From NCBI GenBank assembly GCA_002269645.1, contig NIVC01001021.1:62001-126000 (forward strand): DNA of 64,000 nt, read 5' to 3'. Positions within the stretch are counted from its first letter, which is position 1, and every line of letters starts with the position of its first letter. Origin of the DNA: Macrostomum lignano. Lineage: Eukaryota. Under the pieces are notes generated by a model. It had not been told where the DNA came from. It ran no database searches and saw nothing but the letters and a program-made list of their open reading frames with translations. This document shows, one piece after another, positions 1 through 22,393 of the stretch. The translations under genes and the position numbers were made by a program.

Positions 1-1811
1 TTGTAAGCACTTATTATAGAATGAATTTGCTCAAAAAGTTTTTAATTATTTAAGTGCAAAACATACCGCTCCTAAAATAAGTTTTAATTTAAAATATAAA
101 GTTCTAATCTGCATCTGATCTTGATTAGGTTGTAGATTTTCAATAATATGTCTGTAGGACTGCAGAATTACTAAAACATAAAAGTCGAGCATCATTGAAT
201 GTCAACCTTTATATGAAACTAATATCTAAAGAAAATTAACATAAAGCAACAAGGGCTGCGCATAACTGCAGAATAAAACAGCATTATACACAAATATGTC
301 GGATTTTTGCGTTGATTTTGAGGAAAAATTCTCTAAAATAATTTTTTGGCAAAGAAGTTAAAACGACCATCTAATGCTATGCCGATTGACTATTTTTAAA
401 GATCTTTACAGAAAATTGTATATAAGTCATTTTTTTGTTGTTAAGAACAAATTTATACTTTGATGCATGAATTTTTTAAACTTTTAATTGTATCGTTTTG
501 TTATTCTCTTCTGTCTAGAACGCCGGCAGATGTACAGGTTGTGTACAGGTTGTGTCGATTATAAAAATGAAATGAAATTAATTAATTTAATAATTAATTA
601 ATTAAATGTGAGTGATGAAAGATCACGCCGTGCTGACATTAGCCTATACTTCTTATTAATGATAAAATTATTTCGATAAAAATTTCTGTCTTTGAGCACG
701 TCTAATAATCGCTTAATTAATGCATGTATATAGGTTATATATATAGTAGGTTAATATGCTATTATTTAGTTAATAGTATTATAGCTAAATTTACATGCTA
801 CCTCTTGTGCATTTTATTTAAGCTTGCATCTAGATTGCGTGTAGAGTGTACTCTGCAGAAAATCAATGGGCCTATGGTTAGGGTAAATTTTGAAAAAATT
901 AATTTATGCATACTGATCGACATACATTTATAGTACTTTCTGTGAGTTGAGATCACCGTGGCGTTGTCAAATACATTCTGTATGCGTGAACAATATTTAC
1001 GAGTATTTCGTACACGTTAGCACACTGCAAGCTACACAACAGAACTGTAAATTTAGGTTTAAACATAAATTACAGACGAATCTCAGACATGCAGCGTGTC
1101 AGCTATATAGCGTGTCAGCTATATAGCGTGTGCATTTTCAAGGAGGCTTCCCTCTCTCTGTACTTTTGATAACTTATGCAGCAATACACCCACATCATGT
1201 AATATGCATGGTTAATGTTAAAGTTAGCTTTAATTTATTGATCTGTCTGTTGTACGTATTGTATATATAACATGAACGTCGGATAAATATAATATATATA
1301 TATATATATATGAATTGTCATTTAACATTAAGATACCAATACCAAGCTAGTAGTGTACCATTATTACATGGACAAGTACATGTACACGTAGTAATAATAC
1401 GTAGGTAACACGTAGTTATAGACAATGTAGCTCAATTGCACCCATTGCATTACCTTCAACAAAAAATAATATCTCTTTTAACTAGCCTAGTACGAGTGTA
1501 TTTGACTAGAATTTCTATTGTGCAGCTGTACATGCAGAGGCAGGTCATTGCCGGCCAGCTGCACTGGCTGACAGTAAGTAATGCTGTGCAAGCATGCCAT
1601 GTACGTAACTGTCAATTAAACTTGAATTTACACTATTGTACTTGCTGCTACTGCACTGCAAGAGATGCTGCAAAAGTGTAGGGCTGGGTTAACACAGCCG
1701 TTTTATATAAACAGAAGGTTTGACTCTCCTCAGTATAGCGCAGAAGAATACCTACAACCATCTACAAAAGTAAGTTTTCTTCAATTTAAAATGCTGCAAA
1801 GTTTACAAGCT

Positions 1812-10857
<9,046 letters not shown>

Positions 10858-11099
10858 CACTGGAGGACGTTGCTTCTGTTACCTGCACTTTACTGACTCC
10901 GTTATTATAGAACATTAAAGTACACAGAGAGACTGCAGAGATGCTTATATTTTGTTAAAACTTGCTTTTAACATAAAATGTGGAATATACTAACTTATTA
11001 GAGATTAGTATCCATGAATGATTTTATAAAAAAATGATAAAATTTGCCGTGTTTTACGAGTCTGTGCATCTTTTGTCACGCACTGACAAGTCGACTAAC

Positions 11100-11262
<163 letters not shown>

Positions 11263-11269
11263 CAAAGAC

Positions 11270-11535
11270 TGTCTCCTTTTTCCTCTCTCCTTCTCCTCTC
11301 TCCTCTCTCCCCTCTTCTCTCTTACCTTCCCTCATCTCTTCTCTTTCATCTCTCTTATCTTATCACGTCGTCTCTCTTCTTTTCTCTCTCCCCTTCTTCT
11401 CTCGTCTCTTCCTGCACATCTCTTCTCTCTCGTCTATTCTCTCTCATCTCTCTTTTCTCTTCTCATTTCTCTCTGCTCTCCCCCCTTTCTCTCTCTCATC
11501 TCTCTTTTCTCTTCTCATTTCTCTCTGCTCTCCCC

Positions 11536-11627
<92 letters not shown>

Positions 11628-12668
11628 CTCTTCTCTCTTCTCTCCCATCTCTTCTCCTCTCTACCCTCTCCCCTCTGCCTTCTCCTCTTTCCTCTCCTCA
11701 CTAGCTTCTCTTTCCCTTTGTCTCTCATCTCTCCTCTCGTTTCTGTAATCTCTTCCCTCTAATCTCTCTTCTGTTCTCTTTACTCTCTCATCTCTCGTCT
11801 GTTCACTCTTGTCTCTGCTCTCTCATCCCCCTCTACCATCTGTCATCTCTACTGTTTTATTTGTTCTTTAACCTCTTTCCTCTGTACTCTTTTCTTTTCC
11901 TCTTTTGACTCCTAACTTTTCTTTCTCCTTTCTTCTCTTCTTTTTCCTCTTCTATACTCTCTCCTCTCTTGTCTCCTCTCCCCTCTCCCCACTCTCCTCT
12001 CTCCTTCTTTATCTCTCATCTCTCCTTACACCTCTTCAATTTACAGAGAATGACTCAATGACTCAATTTTGAAGTCAATCGCTTTAGGTGGAGCAAACTT
12101 ATGGCAGCCAAATTAAATTAGTCAATTTTTAAACCCCATTTTTGCACATCTCGCTACATTTAATAAAAGTACCTTTTTTTGCCCCCAAGCTAGTAATTGT
12201 CTATGGCCCAAACTCCCACTTTCGGTTTCAGCCTCCAACTAACTGTGGGCCTATGGAGAGCCTATAGTCTATTTTTAAACCCATTTACCCTCTCTGCGCG
12301 CAGATCGGGAAAGAGGCAGGCGGAGGTTGGGGTGGCTCTCTCGCTGACAAAAAACAGCCTAACTTTAAAAGTGCACAGCGCCGTTCAGTATTAACTCTGA
12401 GACTCCAAATTTTATACGATTGTGTCAAAATAGTTGAAAATTGATTGTATCAAATTTGAAGAGGATTGGTAAAACTGAAGCGGGGCTATGTAGGATTTCG
12501 TGAAAAATCGCACATTTGAGAACTTTTAGTTAGGAAATTTTAAGGTAGCCTAAGATATTCTCCGTAGTAAGTTTAGGGTGGGTGCAAAATTTGGTGTAAT
12601 TTAGTTGAGCAGTTTGAGAGTCCATAGCGAAGTAATCTATACTATAATCTAATAGAGAGATAGATAGA
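11270..12668 (-). mobile_element. Truncated, diverged copy of the non-autonomous Helitron family arrayed at 51317-60140
   Basis: 12045-12635 matches the conserved arm at 53605-54085 (GTCAATCGCTT..GGAGCAAAC, CAGATCGGGAAAGAG, AACTTTAAAAGTGCACAGC, GGGAGTCCATAGCGA). It is preceded by the same CT-rich tract. The minus-strand 5' end is TC near 12668. The 3' hairpin and CTTG end are missing. Confidence 0.75.
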
Positions 12669-12898
12669 TTCATATTCATTTTCATTCATTTTCAGATAAA
12701 TTCATTTTCGTGTCTCAAAGCAAAGGCAATTAAAAGTATTTTTTGTTCTAGGGCCATAGCTCTCTCAATAATCAAGCTTGAATTGGCTTGTAAACAATCA
12801 GAATAAAAGTCTAATAATATGAAGCGATTAGTTCAGTTTTAATCAAGCACACCAGTTGGCAAAGTTCGTTGAGAGTTAGCTAGTTAAAGTTCGATAAC

Positions 12899-15800
12899 AT
12901 GGCTAACCCATCCCGCCTCATAACCATCCTGTTAGCCCTGATATCCCATCATCAGCTGACGCGCTTGGCTTTTGGCCTCTGCCCAGCACCGTCGGATCCT
13001 CCCATGGCATCGGACGACTTTTATCTCGGCAATTCGCCGTCAACTGGCGAAGACGAGATCGACTCGCAATGGTTGGAACACTCCGGCTTCTGCTACCGGT
13101 ACGTCGGCAGGCGGAAGGCCTGGTACCCGGCTGAGCTGGTCTGTCGCCACTGGGGCGGGCATCTGGTATCGATTCGTTCGACAGAAGAGAATCGCCTGAT
13201 TGGCAGACTAACCAGATGTCGGAGAGTCTGGATTGGCCGGTTCGCTACGGATCTGCATCGGATTGGCGAGCCGAGCAGCTACGAGTGGACCGAGGACGAG
13301 GCCGCGGCAGCTTCATCGTCGGGGAATGGCAGCAGTGGAGCCGCGGATGCCGGATTCTATCAGAGCTGTCACAATGTGTCGACGCAATCGATGCCAGACC
13401 GACACGCTGGGGCTCTGCTAGCGGAAGGACTGGCTTGGACTAACGAGCATTATCACGAGAGACTGCCGTTTGTGTGCAAAACTGCCTCTACTGTTCATGA
13501 TGCTGGCAGGTGCGTTTCGTTCGGCAGTAAATTGATTTGCAGTGGTTAGATTTTGGTTTAGAATGAGTCAGCTGCGCCTTCTTATGCTGGAGATTATAGG
13601 TTGGCCGTATCATGAGTTTAGTGTAGGACACTTTATCAGTTTAGTGTAGGACATTTGATCAGTTTAGTGTAGGATATTTGATCAGTTTAGTGTAGGACAT
13701 TTGATCAGTTTAGTGTAGGACATTTGATCAGTTTAGTGTTGGACATTTGATCAGTTTAGTGTAGGACATTTGATCAGTTTAGTGTAGGACGTTTGATCAG
13801 TTTAGTGTAGGACATTTGATCAGTTTAGTGTAGGACGTTTGATCAGTTTAGTGTAGGAAATTTGATCAGTTTAGTGTAGGACGTTTGATCAGTTTAGTGT
13901 AGGACGTTTGATCAGTTTAGTGTAGGACATTTGATCAGTTTAGTGTTGGACATTTGATCAGTTTAGTGTAGGACATTTGATCAGTTTAGTGTAGGACGTT
14001 TGATCAGTTTAGTGTAGGACATTTGATCAGTTTAGTGTAGGGCGTTTGATCAGTTTAGTGTAGGACATTTGATCAGTTTAGTGTTGGACATTTGATCAGT
14101 TTAGTGTAGGACATTTGATCAGTTTAGTGTAGGACATTTGATCAGTTTAGTGTAGGGCGTTTGATCAGTTTAGTGTAGGACATTTGATCAGTTTAGTGTA
14201 GGACATTTGATCAGTTTAGTGTAGGACATTTGATCAGTTTAGTGTAGGACGTTTGATCAGTTTAGTGTAGGACGTTTGATCAGTTTAGTGTAGGACGTTT
14301 GATCAGTTTAGTGTAGGACGTTTGATCAGTTTAGTGTAGGACGTTTGATCAGTTTAGTGTAGGACACTTGATCAGTTTAGTGTAGGACGTTTGATCAGTT
14401 TAGTGTAGGACATTTGATCAGTTTAGTGTAAAACGTTTGATCAGTTTAGTGTAAAACGTTTGATCAGTTTAGTGTAGGACGTTTGATCAGTTTAGTGTAG
14501 GACGTTTGATCTGTTTAGTGTAGGACATTTGATGGTTCGATTTGTTTATTGTAGGACGTTTGATCAGTGTAGTGTAGGACGTTTGATTAGTTTGTCAAGC
14601 GTTTGTAACCCGCTTATTGTGGGAGATGTATCATCAGTATGGTGTGAGGCAGTATAACCTGCCCAATTCACACGGGTCAAAGGTACTTCTGTTTCTATAA
14701 GCTGATCCTATCATCTACTGTATTGTACACTGCCTCCTCCCTTCTCCAGATGCTCCTCGCCAATGTCGCAGTTCAATGGCCACTGCTACTGGTTGTCCGA
14801 CTTTGTCACCAGTTTCGTCGACGCCAGCCTGCACTGCGAGCGCGAGTTGGGCGGTCATCTAGCTTCGGTGCACAGTCCCGCTGAGGCCAGATTGATCGCC
14901 TCGCTCGAGTTGGATAAGGACACCTGCCAGTTAAGCACCGTGTGGATTGGCTTAATCAGACAGAGTCCCTGTCGTAGGAGCCACGATTATCCTGTTAGGG
15001 AGAATGAGGTACAGCCGTGGGAATTTGATAAAGGGGAACCTATTGATATACCTGCTGCGGGGCAAGACTGCCGAAACTAGTCAAACAAGTACTGTCGATT
15101 TATGTAATGCTCGTAGATGGTTAGACATCTGCATTACGTAGTTTTCGAGATTGGTCAGAAAATTACGAGCAAATCTGTTGGGAATACTGCAGGTGAATCA
15201 GCTGATAAGACTGCAGGTGAATCAGTTGATAAGACTGCAGGTGAATCAGTTGATAAGACTGCAGGTGAATCAGTTGATAATACTGCGGGTGAATCAGTTG
15301 ATAAGACTACAGATGAATCAGTTGATTAGACTACAGGTGAACCAGTCGATTAGACTACAGGTAAATCTGTTGATAATACTACATGTGAATCAGTTGATAA
15401 GACTACAGGTGAATCAGTTGATTAGACTACAGGTGAACCAGTCGATTAGACTACAGGTAAATCTGTTGATAATACTACATGTGAATCAGTTGATAAGACT
15501 ACAGATGAATCAGTTGATTAGACTACAGGTGAACCAGTCGATTAGACTACAGGTAAATCTGTTGATAATACTACATGTGAATCAGTTGATTAGACTACAG
15601 ATAAAAAGTTCTTACTTAAGTAGTCTATGAGACGTCCTTGGGAATCTTATAGATTTATGGTGCTAAGTAAGAAGTTTCACCTCTAGAAAGAAGACAGTTC
15701 AAAAGCACTTAAAACCAATTTAAATCTAACATAACAAACCTAAAACTAACTTATTCGATTTATAAAGTTGGTTCGATTCAAGGGCTAACCCTGTGTACCT

Positions 15801-16252
15801 GCGTGCCTGCATAAAGTACGCTTGCGTGTGCTCAAGGGCAGAATTGCCTCAACACTTGGCGATGTCGGCAAAGGCATTGTCCCAGGTCGCTCATACCCTT
15901 TTTGCAATTAACATTATTAATATTCCCACAGCCCTGCTATCAGTGGACCGATTTCTCAGGTGAGCTCTCCGGCTATCCATACTGGGCCAACGGTCATCCT
16001 CTCCAAACCGATGACGGTTTGCCTACCGGCAACACTGCAGGCAGTCAGGATCAGCCAGCCTGGACAATGAACTGCGTCACCCTATCTGGCGACGGTCTGC
16101 GCAACGAACGATGCCATTCTAGGCGACGATTTGTGTGCAAAGTGCAGCAGGAAAAAGTGCATCACAGAACTGACGCCACTGCAGCCACTTCGGAGGAGCC
16201 CGGAATGGGAGAATCAAGAGCTGACGGCTCTTCGAAGGAGAAGAAGAAATGA
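12899..16252 (+). CDS. Secreted protein with two C-type lectin-like domains. Exons: 12899-13509, 14750-15008, 15932-16252.
   Basis: Signal peptide. CTLD1: GFCYRY..W..AELVC..WGGHLVSI.S.EEN..I..VWIG..PFVC. CTLD2: GHCYW..SF.DA..HC..GGHLASVHS..VWIGL..YQWTD..NCV..C..RFVC. Junction phases 2 and 0 are compatible. Confidence 0.9.
13618..14595. repeat. 23-bp minisatellite (GTGTAGGACATTTGATCAGTTTA)n, lectin intron 1
   Basis: Tandem copies directly visible. Confidence 0.95.
15185..15602. repeat. 24-bp minisatellite (CTGCAGGTGAATCAGTTGATAAGA)n, lectin intron 2
   Basis: Tandem copies directly visible. Confidence 0.93.
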
Positions 16253-17530
16253 TCTTTGGCTTGTTATAATATATGTCTTTTATAACCTTTATAATGATTC
16301 TTTTTAGAAAAATACTTACAAATGCGAAGCAACGCTACTAATAGTAGACGCAACACACATGCGCGTCAAATTTTATGCGTAAAATTAATATTTTTACTAA
16401 AGAAATAACTTCTGCAACTGGTGAACTCTTTGTATTGCAGCAAAAACGGCTACTCAGAACTATTTTATTTGCATTTAGTTTACCAAATACCAAATTTTAT
16501 TTCAAAATAAGTTACTATTGAATGCAATGGACGGCCTAATGAATAAAAGTACTTCTCAACTTTTAAAGATCTCGTAACTTTTTATTTAATCGAAATTTCT
16601 CGTTACTATATTTGGTAGCTGCCAATATTTTTTTGGATTATTGATCTTTTATGCCTCTCGGACAGACAGAAATTCGAGAAGTGGAAAACAAAATTTGACA
16701 ACAGAATCCGTAATAATACGGAAATCTAATATTTTCATGAGTTTCGCATAGAATACTTCCCACTGTCGTCCTTAGCAAGGCCAGTTCACTACCCAAAGTT
16801 GTGCAATCTAGCTTATTTCACGCATTAATGTCCACTTCAAAGATCAAATCCTACTCGTAATTGAAAAGTTCTGATGCCAAAATGGGCGACAACATGAGCC
16901 CTGGAATGCGAGCTGGAGTCGATAGCTGCTGCATGGCCGGATCAGTTGACTAAAATTGCTGAGAGATCCTATCGAGGTCCCGGGAGATGAAATTAATAGA
17001 GTCTCAAATTAATAGAATCTCCCGTGTTGGGTGTCCAATATTCCCCTTGTCCCATCCAAGTATAAAGAGGCCCCCAATGGTTTCTGCAAACTAATTATCT
17101 TCCTGTTTCATTTCGTTCAAAGTAAAATTAAAGCAACAAATTTATTTCTAAGGATGCTCTAAATGGGTCAAAGAATTTTGACTTTGCGTCTGTCTCTCGC
17201 GCCACGGCACCTGGGTTCGATTCCTTAATTTTGCGGGTCGCGTTCATTTGGGGCAGCTGTGTGCACGAAAATTAGTGCTGAGCGTACATGTTGTCTTGTG
17301 ATTCACAGCCAGTATATTAAGGACAGCCCCCAAAGCATAGCGAGTGTGCATGCATAATGATTAGAAAGTCAGGGCCGCTGTACACCCAGTGTGAGCGTGT
17401 GTACGAGTGTTTGCCTGCGTACGGTATTAAAGCGCTTGCATGTGCTCGGGAGTCAGCGGAATGTTCAGAAATGGGACGATGTCACTGACGACGTTGCGCC
17501 ACGGGGTGCCCTTGTGCAATTATTCGAATA

Positions 17531-18276
17531 TAGCTTTTTGCAGCCCATTTGGGCTTACGCGCATCGAATTTAATCCAAGATACGTTTGCCAATGTAACAG
17601 AGCTTTTGTTTATGGTAGCAAGGCTGGCACAGCGGCATTTAATTTGGTCCAAGAAGCATCAATTTGGTCATTTAGTTCATTTGCAGCTCAGTCCCAGAAT
17701 TGTGGACCATATGCTAGGCCGTTGAACGAATGTCATTGGCTTGTGATCGAAGCACTCGACGGAGGTGAACACCCAAAGGACATTGCAAGGTTGCTGAGTG
17801 TAAAAGAAAAGGTGGTTTACAGCATCCAGCAGCGCGTTGAAACTCTGCCGGCAGAGATTGCCTGCGAAAGGGTGGCAATCGCCAAGGAAAGTTGCTCGAG
17901 AGCCTCAGGTCCAACTGCTACTCGATGCAGTGGAGACGAACCCTTTGTTGACGTTTCAGAAAATGCAGCATAAGTTGAGGGAACAGCTCCAGTTGGCTAT
18001 CAGATTTCGACTATCAGCAGAGCTCTGGAAAAGCAACTGAAAACTTTTGGTAGAGACGCTGACATTCCAGCGGTGCGCAACAACCTGCAGACGGTTGAGA
18101 GAAGGCAAGAGTTTGTCCAATGGCTCACGAGTGTTTGGACCAAATTGATGCTTTTTGGACCAAATTAAATGCCGCTGCGCCAGCCTTGCTACCATAGACA
18201 AAAGCTCCGTTACATTGGCAAACGTATCTTGGATTAAATTCAATGCGCGCAAGCCCAAATGGGCTGCAAAATGCTA
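17531..18276 (+). mobile_element. IS630-Tc1-mariner deletion derivative E1: ~140-bp TIRs, TA TSD, frameshifted transposase N-terminus
   Basis: 17531-17670 is the reverse complement of 18137-18276. The interior encodes, across frameshifts, GPYARP..VIEALDGGEHPKDIARLLSVKEKVVYSI, LLDAVETNPLLTFQKMQHKL and ISTISRALEKQLKTF..PAVRN..VERRQEF. No DDE domain. Confidence 0.85.
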
Positions 18277-18284
18277 TATTAATA

Positions 18285-19011
18285 TACCCTTTTGCGATCT
18301 AGTTTGCCAAAACTGCAATCAATTCTGCCCGCGGAAAAATTATCACTTATAATTTTGCTGTCTATGCCAAGTCTGCTCAGTCATGACCAGAGTTTCAGCC
18401 ACAGACAACTCTTTGAAAACTGCAATCAATTTTGCCAAAACTGCGACCTAGTTTGCCCATAGCATGAGAAAACACTGCACGGACATACATGGCAAGATCA
18501 AAGAATGGCCCAGCGTGGACCTTATAACAGGATTTCAGTGAATGACCGGCAGCGATTGATTCAAGCATATCAGGATGGAGAGGACTGGCAAGATTTCGGT
18601 AGGCTGTTGGGCATCTCACGAAGAACCGTGACTTACATAGTTGGACAATTCAACGAAACCGGTCGTATAGAGCCTCTGCCTCGCGGAGGTGCCAAGCAGA
18701 GGTCCCTTAACAATGCTATGATTGAGAGCATTTGTGCCTACGTCTGCCATTATAAACTCGCTGTTTATTGTTCACTGTTACAGTTTATTTCGTCACACTT
18801 CCGAATTGATTCTCAATAAAAATTCTTCTTGGCTTGCTATTGGCAAACTAGGTCGCAGTTTTGGCAAAATTGATTGCAGTTTTCAGAGTTGTCTGTGGCT
18901 GAAACTCTGGTCATGACTGAGCAGACTTGGACTAGACAGCAAAATTATAAGTGATATTTTTCCGCGGGCAAAATTGATTGCAGTTTTGGCAAACTAGATC
19001 GCAAAAAGGTA
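18285..19011 (+). mobile_element. IS630-Tc1-mariner deletion derivative E2: ~180-bp TIRs, TA TSD, intact HTH mini-ORF at 18505-18819
   Basis: 18285-18463 is the reverse complement of ~18836-19011. The ORF MAQRGPYNRISVNDRQRLIQAY..GRLLGISRRTVTYIV..ETGRIEPLPRGG is a Tc1/IS630-type HTH. No DDE domain. Confidence 0.88.
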
Positions 19012-19789
19012 TATTAACGCTAACCTAACCTACATCGTCTGTAGTGAGAGGTTGACAATTCTTCATTATTGGATCTACGTATGAATTATTGCTAGCCCAA
19101 AATGTTTATCTACAAGACAATCACACATAAATGATTTAAGTTTTGCCTGATTGGCACGCTTGATGAAGCAAAATCCGACGCGTTTTAAGAAGCCAGAAAA
19201 ATATGAAGCTTCCACTTGAAGGCGTGAGCTTCCCTGCAGTGATTTTTTTAAAACTCGCGTCAGTCAAACCAGAAGGATGATTGACCGTTCTAAAAGCATC
19301 CGGGTTGGTTGGGTTGGTTGGCTTAGGTAAAAAAAAATCGAGACGATATTTAATCGACAACAAGTGATTCAACTCGAGGAAGTGAACCGACGGACGGCTC
19401 CTAATTTGATGAAGATAAAGTTCTGTAATTGAAAAATAACGTTATTCGAGGCTCCGCTTGTTTAAAATACTAGAATCACCAGAAGTAGCTCCTAGAAGGG
19501 TGGGATAATTTAGTTTTTAACAATACTTTAAAAGCTTAAGATGCTTATGGGCTTGTGGGGAGTATGGAGTCATGTGAAAATGAACAACTAAAGTAGGAAG
19601 ACGCTACGCCTCATGATTGCGCTGCAATATACGTTACGAGACAGGAAGTTTTCAGTATTTTTTCTTGTAAAAAATTTAGAATATTTTAACTACCTATTAC
19701 ATTTACATAAAGTACTAGATGCTTCTAACAGCTTACGCTTGCGGTCGACTCGGACCTTCGGTAGACTCGGACTCAGACCTTCGCGGCTG

Positions 19790-21620
19790 TCTGGAGGTCA
19801 CTAGCTGGAGGGACGCTAGCTTTGTGGTCCTTTTCTTGCTCTGAATCGATGGTTCATAAGTCGACGGTGCCTTCTGTGACGACTCTAGCTTCTACGGCTG
19901 CAACCGTTTGCGCTGGACAGTCATCCGGCTTGAGAACCTGGACAGAGCATCGGCAACGATGTTTACGCAGCCACGAATATAGACGTCATCGGTGACATAC
20001 TCGGAGAGATTGCCTGCCACTATGGAAGGCCTGAACTAGGGGCTTGTGGTCCATCAAGACCTTTACCAATCAATGAACTAAATAACCGTTACCTTGCGTC
20101 CTTCGATAAGGCTCCTACGTCGTAAAGTGCAGCTCTATGTCGAAGGCGGAATACTTCTGCTGGGCTGCGGATAGCTTCTTGCTGAACAAGCCTTTAGGCG
20201 TCGACTCTTCACTCTAATTTTGATGGAGAGCTGCGCCAACGCTGGCTGGCTGAAGCATCCCTGACGAGGCCGTACGAGTAGCAGTTTGGATCTGAATGTT
20301 GCAGTAAAAGGCTTGTCCACTTGTTTCTTGTCCACTGCGTCCAATCCCATCTGTAGGATCGCGGTGACTGTACATGTAGTTCTCTAGTGACGAGATTCTG
20401 AAGAGAAGTCACGATTTCTGACGAACTGCGAATAAAGCGGCGGTATAAACAGATGACACCAAAGCGCAGAGCATTGGAGTAGGCCACTCACAACGATTTC
20501 AACCTGATGACGAAGCCAATGAAGGCATACTCACTCAGCGGTGCTGACTGGTAGGTGCTGGCTGGTGATGAGGTGATGCCTGTTGTTGTGCTTAACTTTC
20601 TCGGCTGGAGTTAGACGACCACCCTCTAAATAGGAAAATATGTCCTTGAAGTGGTTGATGAGCCATTAAACACGCGCGTCGCAGTTTTCAGGGTACCTAA
20701 AGAGACTGCGAATGTGTGGAGCTGCAGGCTGGTGGCAATTAGGGTCTGTGTATGCAGCTTCGTCTCTGGGGTCTACCAGTTAGGAGAGCTTTGTGAAGGT
20801 ACTTTGGTAGGGTGATTAATACGGCAGCTCCCGTGTCGACGAGAAAGGATGGAGCTTGGTTGCTAAATCTGAGGTCTAACCACTAGAAAGGCTTGCCCAC
20901 CGCGATTTCGCCTCTGGTACTGCTCAATTAACGCTGCAATTTGGGCAGCACCGTCCAGTTTCCCGAAGTTATCTGGTTGTGTCGCACTGGTGAACTCGAC
21001 CGCGACTGAGCTAGGGTCGTCTTGTTCTAGAGCATGCGGGGAAGGTAACCAGAGACGACTTCGGAAAAGGTCACTAGCGACGGCAGGTGTGGGCCTGTAG
21101 CCCAAAAAGATGTCCGCACGGCAACTGACTTGACATTGATCCGGTCAGAAAAGAGTCACACCGCCACGGCTGGGCTTCCAAGTGGTGATTGAGTCGTCAT
21201 GAGTCTTGTTGGAATATAGGCTACCGTCTTGGGTTCCATTTTGAGTCAGCGATTCAGGCGATTGAGGGTGGGCGTTTGTTTCTGGAAACCCGATAATTCT
21301 ATGCAGAATTCACTGGGTAGACAAGAGTATTAGAGTGGCTTTTATCATGTCGGGTAGCTGGTGGTTTGAATTCCGCCATAAGACGCTGGAGGAAAATTGA
21401 CGATTTATCTCCTCCCAGGTCTCTGGTTGCTGGCTGGCTCTTCTGCGCCATACTGCAGACACTGGCCTTCAGTGATGCGTAGTTGGCTAGGATCTCGGCC
21501 GTCAAGAGGACCGAGGTGATGTCTTCCGGAAGGTTGGCCACGAGGTGATGGTACTTGATCTCCTAGGACGTGATGTGAGCCAACTTTATTTGTTATGTGA
21601 TTAGTTGCTTTCAAAAATGA
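19790..21620 (-). mobile_element. Decayed Ty3/Gypsy retrotransposon: gag, protease, partial RT and RNase H; internally deleted and frameshifted
   Basis: Minus-strand motifs occur in Gypsy order: gag KYHHLVANLPEDI..Y..LK..LGGDKSSIFL (~21550-21390), protease FLVDTGA (~20826-20846), YRRFI (~20431-20446), HSDP..LVRDAS, DHKPL (~20037-20054), NIVADALSR (~19938-19964). No LTR pair identified. Confidence 0.85.
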
Positions 21621-22393
21621 ATAAAGTTTTTTTGCAGACAGCGGTCTTGGGTGCTTATATTTACCAGTATATATAATTTAATCACACTTTCTGGAATCCG
21701 GAATGTCGGGAAGAATTTCTAGAATCAGTGAGCGCAAATTCAAACTGCTGATGCTTACGACAAAGTTTGCGCTCTTACATTTAAAATTTAAACTTACATT
21801 TTCTTTAAAAATCATATATAACCATACGATACGGAAGTTTGTGGAAAGGTCACTCACTTCACGAGAAAAAGTCTAGAATAGAGAAACTCAAAAAATAGTT
21901 GTATCGTCTAAACGGATTTCGACAAAAATTGTTTCGCCAGAGACAAATACTTCACTTAAGTACACTTTGTAGACTAGATAAAGATGCGTTTGAAATTTGA
22001 AATTCTGAAAGAAGGCGAGATACTGTAGATTTAGTGCAATTAAACACAGAATGCTTTCATTAAAACTATTTAGCTGTTTTGTTGAAACAGGTAAAAAGCA
22101 GAAATGTTTTTTAAATGATTTTCCATGAGCCTTCAAATTAATTTCCCAGAAACCATATAAAAATGCTCTAGTTCCTTGTAAAAACAAATCTAACGGAACT
22201 TATTTAGTAGGCCCAAAACTTACAAATGGTTGGATCAAGATAGACCAATCAGAGATCAGCTGAGGCCACACCCTGAAGCCTAATAAATTTGAGCACTCTC
22301 CAGCCTACTCAAAGACTGCTCTAGTTTTGAAGAATTGAGCAGCATCCATCGAACAAGAAACCAAGGAATTTAAAACAATATAGCAACTACAGA

